From assembly GCA_048938855.1 (NCBI GenBank), contig JBHLLT010000001.1, forward strand, positions 32,001 to 96,000: 64,000 nucleotides of DNA. Direction: 5' to 3'. Source of the DNA: Promethearchaeota archaeon. GTDB taxonomy: Archaea > Asgardarchaeota > Lokiarchaeia > Sigyniarchaeales > SOKP01. The position numbers and the translations under genes were made by a program. Shown piece after piece: positions 9,797 to 20,059 of the stretch. Each line of letters starts with the position of its first letter. Within the stretch, counting starts at the first letter, position 1. Under the pieces are notes generated by a model that was not told the DNA's origin, searched no databases, and was given only the letters and a program-made list of their open reading frames with translations.

Positions 9797-9951
9797 TTAA
9801 AGATACCTAAATCTGATAAATTAAAATTTAATTTGTTAAATATATCTTGAAATTAAAAATTAACTATATGATTAAGAGACTTTAAGTGATATCTTAAATT
9901 CATAAATTTTGGCAAGAATTACTAATAAAAGATTTATATCTCTCCTATTGA

Positions 9952-11472
9952 TTAAAGGATTTCACTGATATCTCGATATAACAATTCTCTATTGACTTGA
10001 AATTGATCGTATGTGATAAATAATTTTCGAAAAGATTCTAAACTACCTAGAATCGCAGCTCCATTAAAAATAGCATATTGAAGATTATCTGGTACGAAAA
10101 ATTTGAGGACTTTACTTGCTGATTTAATAGTTTCAGAGAATTCTCTGGCAGCTGATTTTTCCTCTATTACTTTTGGGATATCGGGAATTTCTATTGATTC
10201 TATAGGCTTTCCACAATATGGGCAGAAAACAGAATCAGAATCAGGAATTTGTTTTCCACAATTTGGACAATTACCTTTTAATGGTTTTTGTGTACCATCA
10301 TCTTGCTTACTAATTTTAATCTTGGGCAATACTAATACACCACCACATGAAGGACATAAATTCTTTCCATCACTGAGATCTATAAATGCACCACAGTGAG
10401 GACAATTATCTGCCTTCTTTTTAGAAATTTCTACTGCTTGTAACTTAATTAATTCACTTTTAACAGCAGACAGAGGTGTAACTGGTTTTGGAATAGCACC
10501 TAATTCAGGAAGAATTGAATCTAATTCCACTTCAAAACGTTCTTGAAATCCTGAATATGTGAGATTTCCTCCAGAAAAAACTATATGAGATAAAAGATCA
10601 TACCAATATAAACTATCAATATTTCTTAAACTTGCGAGAATTGCTTGAGGAATATTCATGACATTACTATAACCTAGCATTGCAGGATTAAATAATACTT
10701 CTGGAGCTTGATAGAGAATATAAGTTGGAACATTAATAGTTGATCCATCGGGCATGGGAACTCCAAACATATCTCCGGATTTTATAGATTTATTTGCATC
10801 TAAAACAAAGTAACAGTTTTTTTCTTTTATTTCTTGAATAATTTCATCTGCTGCACTTGAAGCAATACTCACACCTTCTCTCATTAGTAGACTTTTTAAA
10901 TTTTGATTTACATCAATTCCTGCTAAAGAGAGTTTTTGAACAGCATGTTGCACAATTTTACCGTTTATTATTGGTACAATCCAGGTTAATCCATCCCCCG
11001 ATTCGATTACTAATCCTGTCGTTAACCCTACACTAAATAACGATAATAATGGTGTTGGCATCATCATTAAACTATTAACCCGGTGTGTTTCAAAGAAAAG
11101 TCGAGCAATATATTCTTTTGTATCCTTATTTATGAAAGGCGATTCACAATAAAAAACTGGATATTTAGACAGATCTTCGATTCTAAGTAGTGAATAAAAA
11201 ATATAATTCAAGATTTCATAGTAACTTTCCCAATCCATAATTTCTCCACGACTTAAAGGATGTTTGATTTTTAATACCCCCCTCATCCGTGATACATCGT
11301 TTCCAACATAAATACTTCTAGCACTTACATCGACCATGACAGATTTGTATTTTTCAGTTCCAGTAATACAAGGGAATACAAATCTTGGTCCAGGTTCTCC
11401 CGCAAATCCTATTTTGACATATGCTGATCCGATATCAATTATAATTGGGGTTCCAGCTAAAGGTAGTGCCAT
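9952..11472 (-). CDS. Actin-family (actin-related) protein with inserted double zinc ribbon
   Basis: IIDIGSAYVKIGFAG, HPLSRGEIMDW, TTGLVIESGDG, IKEKNCY, APEVLFNP, IVFSGG, GAAILGSL; insert carries CPHC/CPSC/CPNC/CPYC. Confidence 0.93.
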   Translation of the reverse strand: MALPLAGTPIIIDIGSAYVKIGFAGEPGPRFVFPCITGTEKYKSVMVDVSARSIYVGNDVSRMRGVLKIKHPLSRGEIMDWESYYEILNYIFYSLLRIEDLSKYPVFYCESPFINKDTKEYIARLFFETHRVNSLMMMPTPLLSLFSVGLTTGLVIESGDGLTWIVPIINGKIVQHAVQKLSLAGIDVNQNLKSLLMREGVSIASSAADEIIQEIKEKNCYFVLDANKSIKSGDMFGVPMPDGSTINVPTYILYQAPEVLFNPAMLGYSNVMNIPQAILASLRNIDSLYWYDLLSHIVFSGGNLTYSGFQERFEVELDSILPELGAIPKPVTPLSAVKSELIKLQAVEISKKKADNCPHCGAFIDLSDGKNLCPSCGGVLVLPKIKISKQDDGTQKPLKGNCPNCGKQIPDSDSVFCPYCGKPIESIEIPDIPKVIEEKSAAREFSETIKSASKVLKFFVPDNLQYAIFNGAAILGSLESFRKLFITYDQFQVNRELLYRDISEIL

Positions 11473-11571
11473 TTTTTATCACAATTATATTTTTTGATGA
11501 ATGTTATTAATAATCTATATTTATGATTTTTATAATTATTTTATAGAATTTAAAAGTAAGAATTATTTTAA

Positions 11572-11997
11572 TTACTTTTTCATAAATTTAAGAAGAGTTT
11601 TGAGGATTTCTTTTTGCATGACTATACCTATAAGATCATTATTTTCATCTACAACGGGTAATCGTTGTACTTTTTTATTGAACATTATCTCTAAAACATA
11701 GACTAATGTATCATCTTCTTTTACAACAAATGGTTCTGGCGTCATTAAATCCTTAACAAGCGTATTGGGGGAGTCTAAACTCATTGCAAACCTGGCAAGA
11801 CGTATATCTCTTTGCGTAATAATGCCAATTAATCTTTTATCCTTTCTATCTTTAACAATAGGAAGACCTCCAATATTTTTCCTAATCATCAATAATTCAG
11901 TAGCACTTATTTTCTCATTTGGAAATGTATATAATGGATCTTTTATCATTATCTCAGAAACTTTTATTTTACTTAGTTTGCTTAAACAATCTTCCAT
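11572..11997 (-). CDS. CBS domain pair protein
   Basis: KVSEIM, GGLPIV, LIGIITQRDI, VKDLMT, RLPVVD, LIGIV. Confidence 0.92.
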   Translation of the reverse strand: MEDCLSKLSKIKVSEIMIKDPLYTFPNEKISATELLMIRKNIGGLPIVKDRKDKRLIGIITQRDIRLARFAMSLDSPNTLVKDLMTPEPFVVKEDDTLVYVLEIMFNKKVQRLPVVDENNDLIGIVMQKEILKTLLKFMKK

Positions 11998-12088
11998 ATT
12001 AAAACCCCAAATTTAAAAAAATTATTCAAAAATCAATCTCGAAATTTTCTAATAGAAGATAATCAATATTAAAATTAAAATGTATTTA

Positions 12089-12487
12089 TTAGCGACTACT
12101 AATAGATTCAATTAGTTTTTTCTCAATTTTTATTAATTCCTTTGAATGTGCCTTATATATCTTTAATAGATATTCACCCCACTCGTTTAACTTTACCCAA
12201 CCCCCTCCACCGCGGCCTCCTTTTCCAGTGATAACAGGACTCATTCCAGTCCTATTTTCAATTCTTTTTAAAATATTCCATGCATATTTATATGAATATC
12301 CCTCTTTTTTTTTATGAGTACATTCTTTAGCTGCTTGAGTGAGAGAACCTCCATCATTTTTTTTAATTTTATCTAACAACTCCGCCCATCCAGATCCCAA
12401 TATATTTTTATTATCAAATTTTAACCATAGTTTTACTCCAAAACCTACTTTAGATTTTAATTCTTCTATATTGGGATGATTTTCCAT
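12089..12487 (-). CDS. ModE-N-like winged-helix transcriptional regulator (no molybdate-binding TOBE domain)
   Basis: GSLTQAAKE, SYKYAWNILKRIE, GGRGGGG wing. Confidence 0.85.
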   Translation of the reverse strand: MENHPNIEELKSKVGFGVKLWLKFDNKNILGSGWAELLDKIKKNDGGSLTQAAKECTHKKKEGYSYKYAWNILKRIENRTGMSPVITGKGGRGGGGWVKLNEWGEYLLKIYKAHSKELIKIEKKLIESISSR

Positions 12488-12601
12488 TATATTATTATTT
12501 GTTTTTTGTTCATTTAATAGTTTGTTATATATTAGAAAAGAAAGACATAAAAGGTACGCTCATTTTATCTTTTTAAGAAATACAGAATTCAAGTATACAT
12601 T

Positions 12602-13366
12602 ATGTTTTTTTCACGCGGAGAAACTGAAAAAAAAGGGAAAGAAGTTTTAAAAAATCTCTACTTTTTTTCAGAAAATCAAATGTTAGATTGTAATCAATAT
12701 ATAATAGAGAATAATGAAACTAAAGAACTAACATTATTTGATGCTGGTAATGGAATTTCTCTCAAAGGCTTATTTAAAGGTATGGAAAAATATAAACTTG
12801 ATTACCATAATATTACTAAAGTATTTTTAACACATGAGCATGTAGATCATACGATAGGGCTTTACTCATTAATGAAATTACTGTCAGAAACACTACCTCA
12901 AATCTATGCTTATGGTGAAACTGCTAAAATTCTGAGAGAAGGAGATGTTTCTCAAATATTTCCTGGGAATTTGGGAATAAAACCAAGTATGTTTGGAGTT
13001 GAAATCGTTCCATTGCATGTCTCAAATTTAGAAAATCTTAGTGAAATTGAAATTTCTCCCGATTTTAAATTTCAAATCCACTATACTCCAGGACATTCAT
13101 TAGGTTCGATATGTTATTATGAGAGAACAAAAAAAATACTAATTCCCGGAGATTTAGTGTTTCAAATGGATAAAGTTTTTAATATCGGCAGTTTTGGACG
13201 TTATGATTTTCCAGGTGGATCATTAGAATCTTTGAAAAATTCAATTCGTTATACGACAGAACTTGATGTATCTATTTTACTCCCAGGTCATATGGGGGTT
13301 GTTCTAGAGAAAGCAAATAAGCATATTGAAGCAGCACATAGATCTATCATGACTATTCAGTATTAG
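12602..13366 (+). CDS. MBL-fold metallo-hydrolase (glyoxalase II-like)
   Basis: THEHVDH, TPGHS, GD, GRYDFPGG, PGH. Confidence 0.9.
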   Translation: MFFSRGETEKKGKEVLKNLYFFSENQMLDCNQYIIENNETKELTLFDAGNGISLKGLFKGMEKYKLDYHNITKVFLTHEHVDHTIGLYSLMKLLSETLPQIYAYGETAKILREGDVSQIFPGNLGIKPSMFGVEIVPLHVSNLENLSEIEISPDFKFQIHYTPGHSLGSICYYERTKKILIPGDLVFQMDKVFNIGSFGRYDFPGGSLESLKNSIRYTTELDVSILLPGHMGVVLEKANKHIEAAHRSIMTIQY

Positions 13367-13512
13367 ATTCAAGGTCTCAATATTCAAAATGCTAATTTTT
13401 ATGCTTTAATTGCACATTTAAATAAATTCTCTAAGATACTAATATTTAAATAACCCTTCAATCTATTATTTTTATAATCCTCATTAAATTAAAAAAATCG
13501 TGAAAATATATT

Positions 13513-14175
13513 ATGTCTGAGCAAAAAAAACCCAAGTTCGCTGAGGTAATATTTCTCCGTTCTTACCCTAAAGTGATCTTCTTTTATCCTTTACTGGTCA
13601 CCTCATTGATTCTTTGGTTGATCCAAGCATTACTGCCTGCTGATAACTCGGTATTAGGTTACATTTGGTTTATAGTGTTCTTTATCAATATTTTCGTTAC
13701 AGCTTTTGACTTTTCTTCAACGAAATTCTTTGTTCTAGTATTAGCAATTGTTATTGTTATTTTGTTAGTTGTTTTCCTAGTTTTGCCATATTATTCAATC
13801 CCTTTTGCATCTTTTAGTATTTACCTTGCATTACCTTATCAATTTTATATGTTAATGTCAATAATTCTTGGTTTTATTTTAGGGATTGTATTAATTAGTA
13901 CCAGGTTTGAATACTATAAAATTGAAAGAAATGAAATATTCCACAAGACAGGTATATTTACTTCAGCTGAGCGATTTCCTGTAAAAAGCTTAAGATTTAG
14001 AAAAGACATTCCTGATGTCTTTGAATTCTTTATGTTACGTGCTGGTCGATTGACTATAATGCCTGGAAAAGCTGATGAAGTCATGATCTTGCCTACAGTG
14101 CTTAACATTAATAAAAAGGAAGCACATCTTGATTGGTTACTATCTGAAGTCTCTGTCGAACCAGATGATGATTAA
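13513..14175 (+). CDS. Four-TM membrane protein with C-terminal bacterial-PH-like domain
   Basis: Four hydrophobic helices, then YYKIERNEIFHKTGIF...RAGRLTI beta-rich segment. Confidence 0.6.
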   Translation: MSEQKKPKFAEVIFLRSYPKVIFFYPLLVTSLILWLIQALLPADNSVLGYIWFIVFFINIFVTAFDFSSTKFFVLVLAIVIVILLVVFLVLPYYSIPFASFSIYLALPYQFYMLMSIILGFILGIVLISTRFEYYKIERNEIFHKTGIFTSAERFPVKSLRFRKDIPDVFEFFMLRAGRLTIMPGKADEVMILPTVLNINKKEAHLDWLLSEVSVEPDDD

Positions 14176-14269
14176 AAATAAATCAATTATCTTTTTTTTA
14201 ATTTTTTATTCTTTTACCTGATTAAATTTAGATAAATTTAAGTGATAATTAGCACTTTAAATTACACCT

Positions 14270-14995
14270 ATGTCTCATCCACCAATAATTTTATTTGATT
14301 TTGATGGAGTTATTATAACACAAAAATCTTTAGAATATACAGCATCTAAATTAATTAAGAATGAGTTTTTTAGATGGAAAAACATAGAACACATGAGATT
14401 AATAGATTTTGCAAGACTTTTTGAGGAATCTGACTCAAAAAATAGAATAGTGGCTTTAAAACAAATTAATAAAGCATATAAACCGTTTATTCCAAGTATT
14501 TGGAGGAGGAATTTATTTTTTATCAAATTTAGACGTATGTATCCAAAACTAGAGAAGAATGAAACTTTAAAACCGGATTTAGACCAAGTTTTAACCCACC
14601 TTAAAAATCATAATTTTAAGTTAGGAATTGTTTCTAATACAAGTAAAGAGCGATTAGATTTTTTTAGAAAAAAACTTAATCTGGATAGGTTTTTTTCTGT
14701 CTTTATTTCTAGAGATGATGCTCGCTATAGAAAACCTAATCCATACCCAATAATTACTGCATTAATGAAAATTAAGACACTTTTTAAATATTCAATAAAT
14801 AAAGACAATGTTTATTATATTGGTGATCTTCCCGCTGATATTGAATGTGCTAAGAATGCTAATGTAAAATGTATTGCTTTACTTTCGGGTCATGGTACAA
14901 AAGAGAGTTTAGAAAAATCTAATCCTACGTATTTACTTCAAAATATTAAATCCATTTTAGAAATTGAGCCTTTCAAAAAATTCTTATTGAATTAA
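14270..14995 (+). CDS. HAD-family hydrolase (phosphoglycolate phosphatase-like)
   Basis: FDFDG, IVSN, KPNP, YIGDLPAD. Confidence 0.9.
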   Translation: MSHPPIILFDFDGVIITQKSLEYTASKLIKNEFFRWKNIEHMRLIDFARLFEESDSKNRIVALKQINKAYKPFIPSIWRRNLFFIKFRRMYPKLEKNETLKPDLDQVLTHLKNHNFKLGIVSNTSKERLDFFRKKLNLDRFFSVFISRDDARYRKPNPYPIITALMKIKTLFKYSINKDNVYYIGDLPADIECAKNANVKCIALLSGHGTKESLEKSNPTYLLQNIKSILEIEPFKKFLLN

Positions 14996-15008
14996 ACACT
15001 CTATAACA

Positions 15009-17744
15009 ATGGATATGTTTAATCTTGAAGAATTTGATAATGAATTAATTTTAGAAAAAGTAAATAGGTTAAACAAATACTTAAATAAAAATAAAGTAGA
15101 TAGGGTTTCAAAAATCCTTGATGAATTACTTAGTTTAATGGATGATCAAGAATATGTTGTGCCCATAACTTATATATTAAGTATATTAGCAGAAAACAGA
15201 ATTACACTCATCTCTAAAGAATTAATAAAAAAAGTAGAAGCTTATCTTCACTCTGAAAATCTCAAATTAAAAATCAATTCACTTATTATTATAGGTTTTG
15301 TGATATTGAAAAATCCTCAATATCTTGAAAAATATTCTCGGGAATTTATTAAATTTTTATTAGATGAATTTGAGGATGTTAGAAATAATGTACACTATTT
15401 TTTAATAAAATTGTTCGAATTAAATCCAGAAATTATAAAAAAGAATGTTGATATCATAATAAAAAGTTTTAAAATTGAAAATAACAATCAAAATATAATT
15501 TCTTTATTAAATTTATTAGAATACTGTGAAATCTCCGAATTTGATCATTTATATCAAGTAAGGAGTTTATCAATAAAATTACTTAAACGACTTAAAGAGA
15601 AAGAAAATTCTCAAATTTTTAATAAATTATTAGGTTTTATTAAAAAGGTGTATCTTCAGCTTGAAAAGTTCGATTTGGAGTCCCTAGATTATGAGAAAAT
15701 TATAAACTTATTAAATAATCAATTTTTGATGAAAAAAACTAATTTTACTGAATTAAGTAAAAAGGAAAAATTAGGATTAAAAGAATATTTGAAAAAATTT
15801 TTAAATTCGAAATTAAAAGATGAAAAGGTCTTTTTCTATTTAAAAACAAAGGAAAATATAATTTATATTTATGAATTAGAAAAAAGCAAATTAAAACGAT
15901 TTTTTGAACAAAATCAGAAAATTTCTGATGATGAAATTACAAGTACTTTTTCTCAGGTTATAGAAAATAGTTCAGAATTAAAAAGATTTATCAAAACATT
16001 AATTAAGCTAAAAATTATAGAGGGGTATTATTCTAATCTCGGATTTTTTTATCCGTTTAACTTTATAAGATCAAAATTTATGGAAGGTTTAAATGAAAAT
16101 GGTTCAATTAGTATAAAAAGTTTCAATTTTCTTCCCCAAAATTTCATTGAAAAAATAATTATGGATATTTCTAGATTTACCAATCAAAGATTATTAAAAC
16201 ATAAGGATCAAGAAACTTATTCTTCTTTGAAGCATATTAAAAATCAAATTAATTCTGAAGCTGCAAAAAATAGTACTATCGAATTAAAACCATATCGTAC
16301 TTTATTGCTTGACAGTGATTTTTTAGAATTAATAAAAAATTTGCCTAGAGAATTTTTATCGAAATATCATAAAGGAACACAATGGTTAACAAATCTAGGG
16401 GTCCAAAAAATTAGTAATGAAGTTCAAAACTCTAGAATTGTGGGATATTTTGATATTCCTAAATTATCAGAGAAATTAAATATAGGAGAACTTCTATTAT
16501 TGGATGTATTTGAACAGTTTGTAGATTTTAGAAGTGGGATTTGGAATAGGAAAAGAAATACCTTTTATTATTCTAAATTTTTAAAAGACAAAGTTAATGA
16601 GATTAGTTTAGTTGTCGATGAAAATGAAAAAATCCATCAAATTGAAATGATCTCCAAGGAGCTTGATATTGATAAAAATCATATTTTGTCTAAAATTGAC
16701 GAGAACTTACAGTTGATTGCAGAAGAAATAAAACAACAAGATCAAATAAAATTAGATGTGTATTTACAAAAAACTGGGATGGAATTAGATGCTTTTCTGA
16801 GATTTATTGATGATTTAAATATTTTTTATTTCAAAAAGGGAGATTTTTTAATCCTTAACCCACAAAAAATTGAAGATGCTAAGAATGAAATAAGATACAT
16901 GCTAATTGATAAGTCTAAATCGGATGATTTTATATCATTAGGAACTATAAAGTTTGTCCAATCAACACTTATTGAAGAATTAATAAAAGAATTACAAAAT
17001 GACGGAAAAGTTAAGGGGATTTTTCATGAAAATGAGGGAGAACTTATTTTTTACACAGAGAGAGGAATCCGTAGTTTGATGCTAGAAAATAGCCTCCTTT
17101 TTTCATTTCATGATCTTTTCTATGATAAAGAATTAATACAAGAAGAAATTGATCTAATGATGCAAATTTTTGAAGATTTAGTAAGTAAAGGAAAGTTGAA
17201 AGGACATTTTGATGAAACATCATTAACTTTTTCGAGTGATGAAGTATTATTTGTAAAAGACTATAATACAGTTTTATTCGAATTTGAGAAAATGGTTAGT
17301 AATTATATCAGAAATTTTGAAACTGAATTTAATAAAATTAGTAAAATTCTCTCAAAAAGAGAAGAAACAATTTTTCCACAAGAGATAAAGATTATTCAAG
17401 AAACCATTGATAAGATTAACGAGAAATATGTTAATTGGAGAAGTGGTTTGGAAGCTTTTATACGTAAAACAAACAAAAAAGTATTAAAAGATCAAGGTAT
17501 TAGTGTAAAACAATATAAAACCATCCTTTCAAAAGATAAAAAAGATGAAATTAAATCTTTCGAAGAAGATCCAGAAGTGCATGATCTTTTGAACAATTTT
17601 AATAATTGGGTAAAACGTTATAATAAAATCGAATTGAAATATCCTAATGTGATATTCTACCAAAAAAGATTAATTAATAATCCAGAAGATAAAGAATCTA
17701 ATAGTAAATTAAATGATTTGCTTGATGAATTAGATCTGAGATGA
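15009..17744 (+). CDS. Large protein with N-terminal HEAT/ARM repeats and tandem winged-helix (PCI/UFL1-like) repeats
   Basis: HEAT-like LLDEFEDVRNN; repeated wHTH-like units (LKIIEGYY, FDIPKLSEKLNI, DGKVKGIF, KGKLKGHFD); C-terminal coiled coil. Confidence 0.6.
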   Translation: MDMFNLEEFDNELILEKVNRLNKYLNKNKVDRVSKILDELLSLMDDQEYVVPITYILSILAENRITLISKELIKKVEAYLHSENLKLKINSLIIIGFVILKNPQYLEKYSREFIKFLLDEFEDVRNNVHYFLIKLFELNPEIIKKNVDIIIKSFKIENNNQNIISLLNLLEYCEISEFDHLYQVRSLSIKLLKRLKEKENSQIFNKLLGFIKKVYLQLEKFDLESLDYEKIINLLNNQFLMKKTNFTELSKKEKLGLKEYLKKFLNSKLKDEKVFFYLKTKENIIYIYELEKSKLKRFFEQNQKISDDEITSTFSQVIENSSELKRFIKTLIKLKIIEGYYSNLGFFYPFNFIRSKFMEGLNENGSISIKSFNFLPQNFIEKIIMDISRFTNQRLLKHKDQETYSSLKHIKNQINSEAAKNSTIELKPYRTLLLDSDFLELIKNLPREFLSKYHKGTQWLTNLGVQKISNEVQNSRIVGYFDIPKLSEKLNIGELLLLDVFEQFVDFRSGIWNRKRNTFYYSKFLKDKVNEISLVVDENEKIHQIEMISKELDIDKNHILSKIDENLQLIAEEIKQQDQIKLDVYLQKTGMELDAFLRFIDDLNIFYFKKGDFLILNPQKIEDAKNEIRYMLIDKSKSDDFISLGTIKFVQSTLIEELIKELQNDGKVKGIFHENEGELIFYTERGIRSLMLENSLLFSFHDLFYDKELIQEEIDLMMQIFEDLVSKGKLKGHFDETSLTFSSDEVLFVKDYNTVLFEFEKMVSNYIRNFETEFNKISKILSKREETIFPQEIKIIQETIDKINEKYVNWRSGLEAFIRKTNKKVLKDQGISVKQYKTILSKDKKDEIKSFEEDPEVHDLLNNFNNWVKRYNKIELKYPNVIFYQKRLINNPEDKESNSKLNDLLDELDLR

Positions 17745-17748
17745 GTAA

Positions 17749-18033
17749 TTAATCTTCTTTTTTGTTATTTTGAGAGAGGAAATCGTCCACATCAATTTTT
17801 TCATTTGGTACAATTTTATAAGTTTTTGGATTTGTTATACCATTCAATGTTAAAATTCCATGGTCTTCAAGATATCTAAGAGCTCTCCAAATAAAATTAA
17901 TCTTAGAGCGATTTGAAGATTTGATATTATTACATCTTCTTATTCTTTTAGTATTAACAATAGTTACATTGTTATCTATTAATTTGTTTATCGCTTCTAC
18001 TGTTTCTTTTAAATTCTTCTGAAAAAAATCCAT
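17749..18033 (-). CDS. Small basic winged-helix protein
   Basis: 94 aa; IWRALRYLEDHGIL helix followed by beta-wing PKTYKI. Confidence 0.6.
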   Translation of the reverse strand: MDFFQKNLKETVEAINKLIDNNVTIVNTKRIRRCNNIKSSNRSKINFIWRALRYLEDHGILTLNGITNPKTYKIVPNEKIDVDDFLSQNNKKED

Positions 18034-18236
18034 TTTTATAAGAGCTCCGTCTTATTAAGATATGATTAGATAAACTCTCCTCGGTTAAAATATCAATTTA
18101 AAAAGTTAAATCCACTATATTGAGTATTATAAAATTATCTTTTGAACTTTATAAACCTTTGTTACAATATTTTTTTTTTTTCAAAAAGAGTAATCCATAA
18201 ATTAGTAAAACAAATTTTAAGAAATATTAAAAAAAT

Positions 18237-19838
18237 TTAATGCCTAAAGACTCTTTTTCCACAAAAGACTAATGCACAGTTCAATTCATCTGCTCGCTTA
18301 ATTACTTCTTTATCTCTAATAGATCCTCCAGGATTTATGATAGCTTTGGCACCAGATTTTACTGCTATCTCTAAACCATCTGGAAAAGGAAAAAAAGAAT
18401 CAGTACCCATAAAGGAATCCTTGAGTTCTTGCTTATGTCCAAATTCAATTGCTTTTTGGGCAGCTAATTTCACCACATGAACTCTACTATGTTGTCCAGC
18501 ACCAATACCTAAGGTGTAAATGCCTTCATCATAAATTTGAGCAAAACAGGCTGAATTCGACTTGGCCCATTTTGAAACTTTATATGCAAAGAGTAAAGCT
18601 TTTTTTTCGTCATCAGTAACATTTCTTTTGGTAACCACATTCCATTCTTTAACAATTGGTTTATAATCATATTCTTGAAACAGTACACCTCCGAGTACTC
18701 CCCTTAGTTCCAAGTTTTTATATATCTCATTTCTTTTACTAAGCAAATCTTGAAACGCTATAATTCTTAAATTTTCTTTTTGTTTTAAAATGTCTAGTGC
18801 TTCAGTTTCAAAAGAGGGTGCCATTATAACTTCTAAGAATATTTTTTCTTTATTTATAATGAAATCAGCTACTTCTTTTGTAAGTTTTCTATTGACTCCC
18901 CAGATACCTCCAAATGCGGATAAAGGATCTGTATTATATGCTTTTTTAACTGATATTAATTGATCATTTTTATCAATGGCTACACCGTTTGGATTTGTAT
19001 GCTTTAAAATTGCTGTCACATAATGTTTATTATCAAAATCTAAAAGAATTTGGATACATGCATCAATATCCAAATAATTGTTAAACGATATCTGTTTCCC
19101 ACTAAGTTGTTTTAGATTGTGAAGCCCAAAAGTTGAATTTATATCTCTATAATATGCTGCTCTTTGATCCCAATTTTCGCCATAGCGACAATCTTGAACC
19201 TTTTCAAAAATTTTGATTATATTTTGGCCCATAATTAAATTTGGGTTGTAGTAGCGCTTTAAATAGTTTGAAATTGCGGCATTATAGTCTGCCATTATAA
19301 AAAAAACATCTTGCGCTAACATAGCCCTTGTATTATCACTAATCCCCCCAGAATCTCTTAATTCCTTCAAAATTTGATCATAATATTTCGGATGAGGGAC
19401 GACAACTACATCTGGAAAGTTCTTAGCAGCAGCTCTAATCATAGTTGGGCCACCTATATCTATTAACTCTAAAGCTTCTTCCAAACTGGTATTTGGTTTT
19501 GCTATCGTTTCCTTAAATTTATATAAGTTACAAATAACCATATCTATAGGTGGAATATTATATTTTTGCGCTTCTTGAATATCTTTTTCTTTATCTCTCC
19601 GAAATAAAATCCCTCCTTCTATTTTTGGGTGAAGTGTTTTAACTCTACCGTCAAACATCTCAGGTGATTCAGTATAGTCAGAGATTTTTATATAGTTTAT
19701 ACCATTTGATTCTAATAATTTTCCAGTCCCCCCTGTCGATAAAATTTCAATTCCAAATTCTTTAACTAATACCTTAACAAATTCAATTACACCCGTCTTA
19801 TCAAAGACGCTAACAATTGCTCTTTTTATAGATTTCAT
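18237..19838 (-). CDS. purH: Bifunctional AICAR formyltransferase/IMP cyclohydrolase
   Basis: SVFDK, STGGT, GRVKTLHP, IDIGGPTMIRAAAKN, RYGEN, KHTNPNG, DSFFPFPD, PGGSIRD, RVFRH. Confidence 0.97.
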   Translation of the reverse strand: MKSIKRAIVSVFDKTGVIEFVKVLVKEFGIEILSTGGTGKLLESNGINYIKISDYTESPEMFDGRVKTLHPKIEGGILFRRDKEKDIQEAQKYNIPPIDMVICNLYKFKETIAKPNTSLEEALELIDIGGPTMIRAAAKNFPDVVVVPHPKYYDQILKELRDSGGISDNTRAMLAQDVFFIMADYNAAISNYLKRYYNPNLIMGQNIIKIFEKVQDCRYGENWDQRAAYYRDINSTFGLHNLKQLSGKQISFNNYLDIDACIQILLDFDNKHYVTAILKHTNPNGVAIDKNDQLISVKKAYNTDPLSAFGGIWGVNRKLTKEVADFIINKEKIFLEVIMAPSFETEALDILKQKENLRIIAFQDLLSKRNEIYKNLELRGVLGGVLFQEYDYKPIVKEWNVVTKRNVTDDEKKALLFAYKVSKWAKSNSACFAQIYDEGIYTLGIGAGQHSRVHVVKLAAQKAIEFGHKQELKDSFMGTDSFFPFPDGLEIAVKSGAKAIINPGGSIRDKEVIKRADELNCALVFCGKRVFRH

Positions 19839-20059
19839 GAAAATTCAGTTTATTCTAAGTTCATTATATAGTAAAAGTAAACAAACAAAGAAAAGTTTTC
19901 TATTGTTAAAACTTAATTAATAGAGCTTTAATAAGTGAAATAAAAGAAATAATCGAAAAGATATAAAAATTGCCATTTTTTTTAGGGCTGACACAAATGT
20001 ATAAAAACGATGTTGACATAAAAATAATGCGAGCTAAATCAAATGGAGGTTCATTCAAA

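Noticed and set aside
12520-12555. Possible ModE box (GTTATAT...ACATAA) upstream of the ModE-like gene
   Set aside because: Half-site spacing is longer than in the known ModE box, and the sequence is explained by an AT-rich TATA region.
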